In this document: positions 26,127-38,234 of the stretch, piece by piece | Layout of the letters: every line of letters starts with the position of its first letter | How positions within the stretch are numbered: the first letter of the stretch is position 1 | Assembly: GCF_046119375.1 (NCBI RefSeq) | Contig: NW_027362764.1 | Location: 102,486,001 to 102,550,000 of the forward strand | Length of the DNA: 64,000 nt | Direction of reading: 5' to 3' | Source: Phyllobates terribilis | Lineage: Eukaryota | Notes under the pieces: model-generated | Seen by the model: the letters and a program-made list of their open reading frames with translations, nothing else | Databases searched by the model: none | Told to the model about the DNA's origin: nothing | Position numbers and translations under genes: made by a program

Positions 26127-29100
26127 CTGTGAGAAGAGATGTAAAACTAATGTAAGTAATGGGGCTCCATATTAGGGGATACTGCTGTGGTGTCATGGTG
26201 GCAGGACGGTAAAGGAATTTTATCCGTACAGAGGAATGGGATCATTGTCAGTCATCATACATGTGACAATCCCACCACTGACAGATAACATCTGCTCCAC
26301 ATGAATTATTCTCACTGGCCGACATGAGACAACATAGACCTTATTGTCACACTTACGTCTTCTAGGTTCTTGCTCTTCTACTATTTGGGCGTTTTGCTCT
26401 TCTACCAGTTTTAAAGCAGATTTATTCTTCTTCTCAACTGGAAATTCATATAAAAAAGTCATAAACACAAGTTAATTATCATTTTCAGTTATCATACATG
26501 TGACAATGCCCCCACTGACAGATCACATCTGCTCCACATGGATTATTCTCACTGGCCGACATCAGCCTACATGGAGCTTATTGTCACACTTACCTCTTAT
26601 AGGTTGTCCCTCTTCTACTATTTCTGCTTTTTGCTCTTCTCCCAGTTTTGATGCAGATGTATTATTCTTTTCAACTGGAAATTTATATAAAAAAGCAAGA
26701 AAAATAAGTCAACGATAAACTACTATAAGATTAGATTCATATCTTTATCTAGCAAAATTATTTTATTTTTGTACCCTATAGTCCTGGGAATCTGGCATTG
26801 CACCATAAGGCCTTGTTCACATGAAGCATTTTTGCAGTATTTTTTGCAGCATTTTTTTCATTCAATTTATAAGCTACTTTTTACAGTGAAAGTAAAAGCT
26901 ATGAGATTTCAGAAATCTCATGCAGACATTTGTTTTTTTTTTCCTAACGGGATTTGAAAACTGCAATGTTTTTGAAATCTGCAACATGTCAATTCTTTCA
27001 GCGTTCTTGCAGTGCTTTTTCAACCACAGAAAGCAATGCGCATGCATGGGGAAAGGCCAAAGAGCGTCTGAGCATGCGCACTATAGTACTTTAATCTGCC
27101 CTTAGCAGGGCAGAGAGAAGAGCACCTGCGCAGAAGCAAAATGAAGGACACTCTGTGAATGATATAGGACGCATCATCCACAAAGCAGAGAAGGAGAGCG
27201 GCATCACAGGAAGAGCGGAGGCTCCGGATCAAGACCAGTGACGCCCATCGGACCGGACCGCACCATCTGTGAGTATAATAAAAGGTCTTTATTTTGTTTT
27301 GCAGGGCGGCTTGGAGACTTATATACAACTTTCCAGAATGCTGTAACACAGGGCTGAAAGGTTGTGGTTTTAGGTTATATGGGAAAAATCTGGTGACAGG
27401 TTCTCTTTAATATGACATTAATAACAGCAATGTTCTCATATAATCAATTACATAAAATATTTGTCTAACATTAAGGGTATATGTAGGGTCTGTTTGGGGC
27501 CTGATGGGGCCATGGGCACAGTACTCAGTATCAGTATCAGGCACCAGCTGTATGACCCCTTATATCTTTTCATGCACAGCACAAAAGATTGAGTATTTGA
27601 TACATTGAAGTGTTGTATTGTTGATCGTTTTAAGGGCGCAAAAAAAGCAGTGATCTTCTGAGCATTTATGTAACATTCACATTACACCTTTTGATCATTG
27701 CCTACAACAAGATGTCTTATAGACCTGCACATACCTGACAATGGGGGAGAGGATGACTTGTTGTTTTCAGTAGTCAAACACTGAATGTCACCATCACTTA
27801 TGGTAGGAGAAGATTCTTTCTGCCTGTTTGGTACAAGAAAAACAAATAAATTACAAGTGAATGCAATTAAAAATACAAGAACTCCTGTCTGTAAGGGCAA
27901 TTAAGACACTTGGTCAAAATGGAGGGGATACCTTTCACAGGGCTCACTTCCATCAGCAAGAATGAAGAATAACTAGTAATAAAGGGCTTTAATGAACTGA
28001 AAAAGAAAGGCTGGTCACAATGATCAGCTGTTATCACCAGCGCTATCACAAGCCAAATACCACAGTCATCAGCAATCATGGGGTGGTGGGTTCAGGATTT
28101 AGTCTTGTATCATATGTGTCTTGTATTTGGTGTTCTGAACATATATAAGTACTAAGCCCCATAATAATAATCTACTCACACGTCTGGGTGTTTTGTGCTG
28201 GTCTCTAGGGAACAATCTGGAGATGACTCGCGTTCTTCTTTGCTCATTGTCCTGCTATTGGTTGTATATAGCTAAAACACACAGAGTAAAATTAAATAAA
28301 TATATTTGTAAACAATTTTAGTTACAGTTTTATGGATTTACTGATCACATACTTACCATAGACAGTCTTTGAGAAGAGGATACATAGTTTAAGCTTTCTG
28401 GCCAGTCATTCACCTCACTTGCGTCACCCTCATCTGAATCTGTATGTTTGGGTCTCCTAATGCCAACTACAAAATACAAATATTATCAGAAATTATTAGT
28501 ATAATTACAGATAATCACCATGTTATTGCTAATAATGGACACATTTTTTCAAATAAAATGGAAGACGAGACAAACAGCAGCATGAGCTAGATGACGTCTC
28601 AATCTACTTACTAGGAAAGTAGTGGGTGTCCACCTCTGATACTAGATTTGGCTTAAACAGTGGCTCCTGATTGTGAATGTTCTCAAAGTCTAACTCCCTC
28701 AGGAATGGATGACTCTTGATCTCATTTGCTCCTCCTGAAAATGGTAGATAAGAAAAAATTGATACAGACAATGTCAGGAAGACTGCTCTATATCTGTACA
28801 TTGTATGTTAATTGGAACTGAAGACATTGCAGAGCCAAAATATTCTGTAAGTCATAGCATGAAGAATGAGGAATGGACAAGAAGGTAAAGCAGAGTCCTC
28901 CACGCTGATCCTCACGGAAATTATCTTTTTGTCAGGACACAGAGGAGTTATAAGTTACATTACCTGTTCCGAGTCTATGTGCTGGATTTTTCCTGAGGAG
29001 CTTAATCATGATGTTCTGAGCATCGAGAGGAAGAGCAGAATTGCGAAATTTCCTAGTGATTTCATCTGTTATAAAAAAAAAAGTAATAATTACAGAAAAG

Positions 29101-32100
29101 AAAATCTCTACATTTACTATAATTTAAACACATTATCAAAAAACAACAAATAACTAAACCAAAGAATTAACCTAAAAACCGAACCAGTTACTAGGACATC
29201 ACACAGCATTCAGATTATTTTACTTACTCGTGATGATACTGTGGAAAATAGCACTTCTGCAACGTCCTCTAAATGGCACATGCCCAGTTAGAAATTTATA
29301 TATGATGATCCCTATTGACCACCAGTCAATAGGCCTTCCATAGCCCTTCTGTAAAATGACTTCTGGGGCTACAAAACAAAAGGTGCCAGTCGTCTGGAAA
29401 CCAACAGAACAATGAGAAGATGATCAATGAATATAATTGTGACAAATAATATCAGTAGAAACATTTTCTAGATGAGAATATATCAGAGAAGCAGAAATAG
29501 ATCAGATCTGTAAAGAATAAGTTTCTGTAAGTAAAACTGACCCCATCATCAGGGAACTCTCTGGTGATGTCCACAGTTGAAGCCTTGTATATGTCTGATG
29601 TTGGTCTCATGAGGCCGAGTTTTGAAAGGCCAAAATCGGTGACTTTAATATGTCCAGTTGACGATATCATGAGGCTGTAAAAAAATATATATTGTCAGTT
29701 TTAAGTAATAACCCATAGACAGTATATCAAACTATAACTATATTTCCCTTTATTATCCCACAGGGGTCACTTACTTTCCAGGCTTCAGGTCTCGGTGCAC
29801 CACACCATAGCTGTGCAGATATTCCACAGCAAGAACTGTTTCTGCAATGTACATGCGGGTCAAGGAGAGGGGTAAAGGACTATATAACGTCATAAGACTG
29901 GCACAGTCTCCTCCTAAAGCAGAAAGCAAATATGACAGGTGAGGGTTTGTTACAATGTAAATTACACATGATGAGTGTGAATGAGAGATAAGCTGAGACA
30001 TTGGGGCAGGGTGTCAATAATAGAGATACACTGTGTAATGTAGAGCGTATACTGTATACTGCAGAGTAATCCTATATAAAAAGGGAGGTGAGCTCTGCCC
30101 GCTGCCGGTAACCTCCTAGATTGCACTGTCAATCTCCGACAGCGGCATTTACAGCACACGGCCCGGAGGCGAGCTGCTCCATGCACTCATCACCCCCCAT
30201 TCCATGTCTATGGTTTGTTATGGCTGCTGGGGGTCTGCGGAAGACCTCTATTCCTGCCATTATGGTACTTCTGTGAAGACCAGTGTGTAGCTTGGCTTCA
30301 TAGGGGACCAAGATTTGCACCATATGCTGCAATACCATGGTATCACAGTACATAGTAAAAGCGGTTATATGATAACAAGTTCAAGTCCCTCATGGAGGCT
30401 AAAAAATAAAGTAATAATAAAAATGTTTGGGTAAATAAAATAAAATATAAAAATCACTTTTTCCCCATTAAAACTAAATAATGAAAAAAAAAAAAAAACT
30501 CAGAACACATTGTAGTGTTTTGGTTTCTTCCTATTGCATTTTTTTGTGATGTTGGGGCAATGAAAATGATTTATCTACTACAATGTGTTATCAATAAAAT
30601 CATCAGCTCGCTTAGAAAAAAATAAGACAATAAAAAGCTCCATTTGCTGAAAAAGGAAAATGTAAATTTTCCTTTTTTTTATAAATTTCCAAGGATTTTG
30701 TCAACATAAAATAAAACATATTTATATACATGTTTGGTATGACTGAAATTGTAGTAACTTGTATACTTAAGATACCAGGTCATTTCCATCACACAATGAA
30801 CACTGTAAAAATAAAACTTAAAAAACAATTGCGGAATTGTAATTTTTACATAATTCCACGGCACTTGGATTTTTTCCCCACTTTCTAATACATTCGATGG
30901 TAAAGTGATCAAAACTACAGATGGTTCTACATAAAAACACGTCATGCGGCTATGTGGATGGAAAAATACAAACATTATGGCTCTTGGAAGAATGGGAGGA
31001 AAAAGCGAAAAACGGGAAATTGTCAGGTCAGGAAGAGGTTAAAAAAAATCTGTCAGAAAGATTTAACCCTCCTAAACTGTTTTTCTGAACATGTAGGTCA
31101 ATGAAATATAAATACATTGGTCCCTTTATATATTTGAGCAGATATGGGTTGGATATTGATACAATGGATATGTCTTACCTGCTTCAAAGTCCATGACCAT
31201 ACACAGATGTTCTTTAGTTGGGAAGGAACAAAACGTGGAGACCACAAAGGGACAATCGGAGAATATTGCGATATCCCTTTCTAGATAGGCCGATTCCAGA
31301 AACATTGGATGATGCAGGTTACACCTGGATTGTTTCTTCATGGCGAATACCTTGTTTGTGTCCTTATGACGCACTAAGTGGACGGCCCTGTAGAGGAGAA
31401 AAATCCATAATTTATAATAAATTCCTACTAACAGTCTGTCTATATGTCAAATGATCCTCTGTACTAATAGTTAATACTAGATGTACGGCCATCACTAGAA
31501 ATCAATGTCTGGAAATACATAAAATAACACCACATTAATGATCACTTATGGAGGTTCTCATCCATGTCACATCCCAACTGAGCTGAATAGATGTGGACTA
31601 GATGACTAGATGTGGATTACATCTACTCCAAAGTGGTATCAATAACAACAACAGCTCGCCACACAAAAAGCAAGTCCTTACAAAGCTCTATCGAACGAAA
31701 AATAAAAATGTGACAGGTCTTGGAAAACAGTAACATTTAGATGTGGACTTATATACAGTAATTTCACTATGGCAGGACTTATAGACAGAGGCATCATCAT
31801 AAGCAACTTGTGAAAAATGTAGATTATACAGAAAGCTCACCCAAAAGTTCCACTGCTGATCTCTTTGATCTGGTTATAGTCGCTCTTACTAGGCTTTCTC
31901 ATTGGGCTCAATAATCCAATTACGGCCTAAAAGAATAAGAAATGACAATAAGACATAAAAGTTGCAGGAAAATAAAAAGCTCCAGATGCAGGAACTTCTC
32001 CTCTACATTATGTCCCCACTGATTACACTGCAGCAGATGTAGAGGGCATGATACAAGCAAGACGCTCCACAGACACTATTAAATAATAACGGGATCCGTA

Positions 32101-34440
32101 CTTTTCGGATTATAAGATCCATTCTTTTTCCCAAAAAATTTTTGGGGGAAAAGGGGGGGGGGGGTGTTTTATAATCCGATTGTAGCTTATTGGGAGGGGG
32201 CGGCTGCGGTGGAGCAGGGTCCCAGGAGGAGGGGTTACTGCTGCAAGAAGCTGGCGACGGCAGGAGTGGGGCGATGCTGCAGGCCCCAAGCTGGAAGGAA
32301 GGGGTGTTTGGAGGTGCAAGGCTGCGGAGGGCCGCGGGCTTTAAGAAAATGTCGGCGGAGTCCCAGCACTTCCTATTGTTTTCATTGGGATGGACTTTGG
32401 TAAAATGGCCGCATGCGCAGATTGAGATCTCGGCTCCCCACTCCTGCCGCAGCCAGCATCCTGTAGCAGCAACCCTGCCCCCTGGGACCCCGCTCCACCT
32501 CAGCCGCTCCCCCCCAAAAAGCCACCATAAAATCAGACAATAACAACAATTCATTTTTTACAAAAAATTTCCTCCCCAAAATTTTGGGCGTGTCTTATGG
32601 TCCACAAAATATGGTATATCATTCTACTGCAGCGGAGGATAAGGGACATCACACAGAGGAGACAGGAATAATAATGCTAACATCACTGATAATAACTCCA
32701 ATCTACATCAAGAACAGATATCCCTCTGTCATATGGGGTATAATATGGGATGTGTAATTCATACCCCGTTATCTGATTATATACTTACATTGCCAGATTT
32801 GGGGATCTTTGGTGTCTCACATATTCCCCCATCAGCATTTGCCGGCGGATCAGTTGCCTCTAATATAATGATAAATAATGAAGAGACATCATGTATTAGA
32901 CGATATCAGTACTTAATATATAACACATCATTATAAGGAAGGAAAGATAAGACCTCTGTAAATGGTATAATACTAAATATATGGATATTCTGCACATACT
33001 ATGTATACTTATGGTACATCCATAGATAGATATACTCCACCATAAATGTGTAATAATTGTTCAGGATCTGACAATGACTTGAATGGGGATCCTATGAGGC
33101 TCTTTGTACATTTTAAGGCGTATAATATCCCAGAGGAGAGAACCAGAGGGGTTTTCAGAATGACATGGACCTTCTCCATTATAGTCTACCGGAGGTTCAA
33201 GAGCCGTCACCGGCCTCAAACAGAGGATGAAGAGTAAATTTATATATTCTCGGGTGTCTCTATAATATTAATATGTTTGTAGGAATATGAAATGTTCGGC
33301 TTACCTTCAATCAGATCACTTTTTAGCCCTGGCTGACTGGTATTAGGGTCAGCCATATTTAGGTTCTGCCCATCTTCGGAGTCGCCGTCCGGTGTTTCCT
33401 GATGGATATAATATATACAATTAATATAACATTTCACAAATACTAAATTACCATATACATGAGACAGAAAGGACTAAGTCAGGATTTACATGATAATTGC
33501 AGTATTGCGTGGACTATACACGACCGCTCCCTCCAGTAAGTCCACATTAATATATAAGGGACTAGTATATACAACGGTTCTCCAATAACATCTATTATCA
33601 GAACTGCAGCATTTACAAGAAGGAAGATTGTGAATTTATAGGAAGACAGAGGTGATATACAAAGTCCGCACCACTGAGTACAGACTGTCACCACAGAGGA
33701 TGGAGCCGCAGAGACAGACTGCCATAAATACCCTTCGTCCGCCTGGAGCAGACAGGGAGGCCTCTAAAACAAAAAATCTGCCATTCTGCCATATGTCTGG
33801 TAATCTGGAGAAGATCATACAATAAGGACATGAGATATAGAAGATGAGGGATCCTTACCAGGCGCTCCAGTGAATGGGCCGGATAATCTAGTACATACAG
33901 GAATACGTACAGGACATTTTGGGCCAATTGTTTAAAAAAGGCCAAATCTGCACTTTGGGATCTTTCTTCAGCCTATAAAGATGGAAATAAAGGAAAATAA
34001 TGAGAAAAAGTGGAGAATGTAGGACGCCATTTATGTTACCATTTTACTCCTGCTATCTGCAGCTACAATTACTACCTATCTGGGTATTTGGTATAGACTA
34101 TATATTATATTGGTCTAGGCCAAAATACATATTTTATGTAAATGAACTTGCATTTTGTTAATATTATCCTTTATTATTTTTACACACTTTGCACAGATTG
34201 TCTGCTAATTACCTGTTGTATTAATTTCCTGATGTTCATCTGTAAATGCTCAAGATATTCTGAGCTTATACGACCTTGGTGGTATTTGGTCAGGCAATCT
34301 CTCACTAGCTTCATAACCAGCCGGTAAGTGAAGCTGAGGACGCCATCGGGTAGTGGTAGCACAAAGTCAGGGTCATAGGTAGTAAGAATCCCCTGGAGTA
34401 GTGCCAACTTCTCAAGTTTGTCTGGAGGAATTTCAGACAT
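26029..34440 (-). CDS. MAST: MAST-family (microtubule-associated Ser/Thr) kinase-like gene, 18 coding exons, ~695 aa, no PDZ; family-level call only
   Basis: DUF1908-like N-terminus ([23 protein letters not shown]), AGC kinase domain (SSGTFG, FAMKK, HRDLKPGN, DFG, APE) and AGC tail (DTHYF). Hand-assembled exons sum to 2088 nt in frame with consistent intron phases (assuming a 72-nt exon 3). Confidence 0.88.
26357..26437 (-). CDS. MAST-like exon 17 (81-nt repeat copy 2)
   Basis: TTCCAG|[26 protein letters not shown]|GTAAGT; phase 1-1. Confidence 0.78.
26594..26674 (-). CDS. MAST-like exon 16 (81-nt repeat copy 1)
   Basis: TTCCAG|[26 protein letters not shown]|GTAAGT; phase 1-1. Confidence 0.78.
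27735..27823 (-). CDS. MAST-like exon 15
   Basis: AAACAG|[29 protein letters not shown]|GTATGT; 89 nt, phase 2-1. Confidence 0.78.
28180..28271 (-). CDS. MAST-like exon 14
   Basis: TTTTAG|[30 protein letters not shown]|GTGAGT; 92 nt, phase 0-2. Confidence 0.8.
28357..28466 (-). CDS. MAST-like exon 13
   Basis: TTGTAG|[36 protein letters not shown]|GTAAGT; 110 nt, phase 1-0. Confidence 0.85.
28612..28734 (-). CDS. MAST-like exon 12 (AGC C-tail)
   Basis: TTTCAG|[40 protein letters not shown]|GTAAGT; 123 nt, phase 1-1. Confidence 0.9.
28964..29065 (-). CDS. MAST-like exon 11
   Basis: TAACAG|[33 protein letters not shown]|GTAATG; 102 nt, phase 1-1. Confidence 0.9.
29228..29393 (-). CDS. MAST-like exon 10 (APE; absent from the ORF track)
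   Basis: TTCCAG|[43 protein letters not shown]...SIIT|GTAAGT; 166 nt, phase 0-1. Confidence 0.93.
29542..29674 (-). CDS. MAST-like exon 9 (DFG)
   Basis: TTACAG|[22 protein letters not shown]...TREFPDDG|GTCAGT; 133 nt, phase 2-0. Confidence 0.93.
29775..29913 (-). CDS. MAST-like exon 8 (catalytic loop)
   Basis: CTTTAG|GDCASL...[23 protein letters not shown]|GTAAGT; 139 nt, phase 1-2. Confidence 0.93.
30310..31038. mobile_element. piggyBac-like non-autonomous element in kinase intron 7 (left end unclear)
   Basis: Ends ...GGTCAGGAAGAGG|TTAA (31039-42); AT-rich interior resembling 34629-35490. Confidence 0.5.
31179..31387 (-). CDS. MAST-like exon 7 (subdomains II-V)
   Basis: CTACAG|[18 protein letters not shown]...AYLERDI...[10 protein letters not shown]|GTAAGA; 209 nt, phase 2-1. 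Confidence 0.93.
31841..31926 (-). CDS. MAST-like exon 6 (kinase Gly-loop)
   Basis: TTTTAG|[29 protein letters not shown]|GTGAGC; 86 nt, phase 0-2. Confidence 0.9.
32096..32614. mobile_element. Tc2/Kanga-like MITE in kinase intron 5
   Basis: CCGTACTTTTCGGATTATAAGA ... TCTTATGGTCCACAAAATATGG|TA inverted ends. Confidence 0.75.
32789..32859 (-). CDS. MAST-like exon 5
   Basis: TATTAG|(E)[23 protein letters not shown]|GTAAGT; 71 nt, phase 1-0. Confidence 0.75.
33305..33398 (-). CDS. MAST-like exon 4
   Basis: CATCAG|[32 protein letters not shown]|GTAAGC; 94 nt, phase 0-1. Confidence 0.75.
33692..33763 (-). CDS. MAST-like exon 3 (donor uncertain)
   Basis: TTTTAG|[24 protein letters not shown]; LLQADEG resembles MAST LLEAAEG. 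Donor GTGACA is weak; an alternative phase-0 donor GTAAAT lies near 33616. Confidence 0.5.
33859..33972 (-). CDS. MAST-like exon 2
   Basis: TTATAG|[38 protein letters not shown]|GTAAGG; 114 nt, phase 0-0. Confidence 0.88.
34213..34440 (-). CDS. MAST-like exon 1b (ATG exon)
   Basis: [26 protein letters not shown]...NIRKLIQQ then GTAATT donor, phase 0. If it is instead an internal exon, the acceptor is at 34421. Confidence 0.8.
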
Positions 34441-34628
34441 TTCAAGAAAATCCAATCGCAGTCAATATATCACCAGCTTCGTAGCCAAACACTGACAACA
34501 ATGTCACCGGGGCAGTAAACATTGCATACATAGTGGCTGTGCATTATGATGTCATAATGGAATCTTGTGGTGGAATATTAACATGTCATCAGTGATGTCA
34601 TCATGGAATCCGGTGATGGAATCTTAAC

Positions 34629-35490
34629 CCGTTTACAACCTTGAACATATAGGTACGTCCAAGCTTGTATTTCTGCCTTTTTTAGGCAGCGCCAGAGCCC
34701 ACATCTTTCCCCGCACACAAAAGCTGATGTGCTCAACTGTCATATGCCTCAAATGGACACAGGTGGATCTTGTCTGTTAACTAGTTAAATGCCGTTGTCA
34801 ATCACTGACAACGGCATTTAACACGTGCCAGTCAAAAGTGCATCAAAAGTCCCTCTTATCTGCGCCCCTGTCACGTGATCGCAGGTTGCCGATGTGTTAT
34901 CATGACAGCCGGGGGTCTGCAGAAAATCCCTGTGCCAGTCATTGTTAATTTTTTTATGAATGCCGGCTTGTCGCCGGCGTTTAAAGAAGATTGTGATTTC
35001 TGATATACATAGCATTGCTGAAGCCCCGGATGATCGCTGCTTCAAATCTCCTAAGGTGGCTATTGAAGCTAGTAACAAAAAAAAAACACAAAAGTTCAAA
35101 TCGCACCCCTTTTGCCTCATTGGAAATAAAACAATTGAAAAATATAAAAAAAACATATTTGGTATCACTGTGTTTAGAAATGTCCAATCTGTCAAAATAT
35201 AAGCTAAATTAATTAATCTGTAAATGGCGTAACCAGAAGACAATCAAAATGCCACAATTACGTTTTTTTGGCCGATGCAACATTGCAATAAAATGTAACA
35301 ACATGCGATCAAAATATCCTATCTACACTAAAATGGTATAAATAAAAATGGAAGCTCAGGGCTCAAAAAAACAAGCCATCACCAAGCCCCAAATCCCAAA
35401 AAATGGAGACGCTACGGGTCTCTGAAAATGGGGACATAAGCTAATTTTTTTTTCTTACTAAGTCGGATTTTTTTTTCACCACTTAAATAA
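34629..35490. mobile_element. piggyBac-like non-autonomous element between exons 1a and 1b
   Basis: Starts at TTAA|CCCGTTTACAACC, exactly where homology between the two duplicated blocks ends. Confidence 0.5.
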
Positions 35491-35534
35491 AAAAAGAACT
35501 TATAGCTTGTATTTTATGAATATTATCTTCTTAC

Positions 35535-35762
35535 CTGTCGTACTAGTGTCCTGATGTTCATCTGTAAATGCTCAAGATATTCTGAGCTTATACGACCTTG
35601 GTGGTATTTGGTCAGGCAATCTCTCACTAGCTCCATAACCAGCCGGTAAGTGAAGCTGAGGACGCCATCGGGTAGTGGCAGCACAAAGTCAGGGTCATAG
35701 GTAGTAACAATCCCCTGGAGTAGTGCCAACTTCTCAAGTTTGACTGGAGAAATTCCAGACAT
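35535..35762 (-). CDS. MAST-like exon 1a (duplicated ATG exon)
   Basis: [37 protein letters not shown]...NIRTLVRQ then GTAAGA donor, phase 0. Confidence 0.7.
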
Positions 35763-37649
35763 TTCAAGCAAATAGCAAATCCAATCGCAGTCAGTATATC
35801 ACCAGCTATAAAGCCAATCACTAACAGCAATGACACCGGGGCAGTAAGCACTTGAATAAATGCTGGGGGTGCATTATGATGTCATGATGGAATCTTGTGG
35901 TGGGGGAATCAGTGATGTCATTTAGGAATCCGGTGATGCAATCTTAAAGGGGCATCTTACCATAAAAGGACGTTGCCTAGCAACAATTAAGGTGGCAACA
36001 CCATAGGCTGAGCATCAGTAACAGACTGAGGCATGGGAAGAAGAACCATGGCTTTGATCAGTAGGGCAGGCTTTTACATCTGTCTGTTCCCCCATAAAAT
36101 ATTTAAAACAGAGTTTGGATGCTAAATGTTCTTCAGACGTGGAAACATTTGCTTTTTCTAGAGATTATGACCAGGGATGGACTGGGAATAAAATACAGTC
36201 CTGGAATTTCAAAGCATGCTAGTCCATGCTGTCGCCGCCCCTCTCCCCAGATTGGGGTCTCTGATACTAATTTTATGCTGCCTGAATGAAATTAAGATTT
36301 ACTAAATATATTTCCAATAATACTGCTTTATTGGATTTCATAATAATAATATTGCAAAATAAGGTTATGTTTTTACAATGAGGTTTTGCTAAGTATTTTC
36401 GCTGAAATCCACAACATACAGAATCAATTTCTTTTGCAATTATGCGGAGCTTTGTATGCAGATTTTCTCTATAGAATTGCATTAGATGAGGAAAATACGC
36501 TGGTTAAAAATACAAAGCGCATAAAATCCACACATGACTCGATCATTAAAGTTTTATTAAAGTACGAGGAAGTATCAAAAATAAAGCAGATTCATTCAAT
36601 ATGGTCGGTGGAGGGCTTAATAGTCGCCTTGTGGAAGTCAATGACGGGCTTAATAGTGCTGCAGTGTCCAGAAACAGTTCCAGGACTTTTAGACTGAGGC
36701 CCCCCTTTCTTCCACTATAGAGAGGGAAATATGTGTATAAGAGCATCCCAGAAGGGTTCCAAAAGTTTGGGTGAAATATATACCAAAGAGACAACAACCG
36801 CAGAGTCAAAAAGAGACAAAAATGCAATAAAAAGGCAAGTAACCTAATGTACTGAATAGGTGGAGAAATGCAGCAGAATGCTGCAACGTCAAAAACTCAT
36901 CAACTACTCATCATGGGAACTTAACCTAACAAACACATAGTACCAGAGCAGATCCAAATATTACCAGAATATACAGTGGTGATAGTGCCGCCATATTGAT
37001 CATTAACCAAAACCAATGTACTAGTACTGATGTCACCACCATACAGTGTCCATATAATGGTACTATCAGTTTTACACCAGTGCTCTTCAGACCATATATG
37101 TGTGCACTGTGCAGGTTTTCACCAGTGACGTTCTCAATGATCGCGGTCATTCATTTTTCCTTTCCTTTTCCATTCGGCCTAAAACGCCATGATCACTTCT
37201 TCAACCCATAACTCGTCCCTGCAAAATGTAACACAGACACCTCTTTGACTTACTCCCCCATTTCTGTACAAACCATGTATTGCAATAATGAGTATCCTAG
37301 ACAGTAATAAAGCCCCTCTGTGTCCTGTATGGTAATACTAATCTCCTTTTGTGTCCCACACAATACCAGTTTCACCCTTCATGCCCCTATACAGTAATAA
37401 TGATCCCTCTGTACTTGCTTAGAGTAACTATCAGTACTGATAGTGGGGCCGTGGCCTTATAGAAACAACTCACCAATTCTGCATTTGTCACCCACTCCTG
37501 GTTTTGGCTTCCACTCCTGAGAAAAAATACTGACCGAATACTGACCAAATACTGATAGTGGGGCCGTGGCCTAAAGGTCAGTCTGTAAGAAGAAAGTGAG
37601 TCTAGGAAAATAAAAGAAAGGCATACTTACTATTCTTTAACGTAAAACC

Positions 37650-38020
37650 CCTCCATCTGGAGAAAGACAGGTTCAATCTCCAGAGGAGAAAGGATTTCTG
37701 TATCATAAGAATATTTATCTGTGGAATAGTCTGTCTCAGGAGCAGGTCGCAGAAGGAATCGTCCATCAATGGTTTAAAAAAAGGCTTAGATGCTTTTTAA
37801 GAAGAAATTAACATAATTGTGTAAATGAGAAAGTTGTTTTCTAAATGTTTTGTCCAGTAGATCAACAATGGCGATCAGGAGGAAAAGATTTCCTCTTTTT
37901 GTGCAGACTGGATCATGCATTATGGCTGTGCTTGTGCGATTCCTTTGTCCTTTCCCATCCTTTGGTTGGACTTATTAGACATGTGTCTTTTTCAACTGTA
38001 TTAACAATATAACTATGTAA
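37650..38020 (+). mobile_element. Degenerate CR1 LINE 3' fragment
   Basis: ..TGGAATAGTCTG..TTTAAAAAAAGGCTTAGATGC.. and tail TTTTTCAACTG..AACTATGTAACT resemble the 3' end of the CR1 at 58985-59340. Confidence 0.55.
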
Positions 38021-38234
38021 CTTCCTGAATTGGCTCCCCTCCTCGCTCCAAAAGTTGTATCACCTGAAGATCTTGTAATATTATGTAAAATGAGCGCTGC
38101 AACCCATCAACAGATGGTAATAGGTTGCAGCACTCATGTGACAAAAGCAGTCACAAAATCAGCGAGATACAAAGCTCTTGGAGAGGAACAATTTTAAGAT
38201 TTAAGCATGCTTATACTGTGTGTATATATATATA

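Noticed and set aside
33050-33240. Extra kinase exon between exons 4 and 5
   Set aside because: An open stretch exists on minus, but I find no convincing acceptor/donor pair, and exons 4 and 5 already join in phase.
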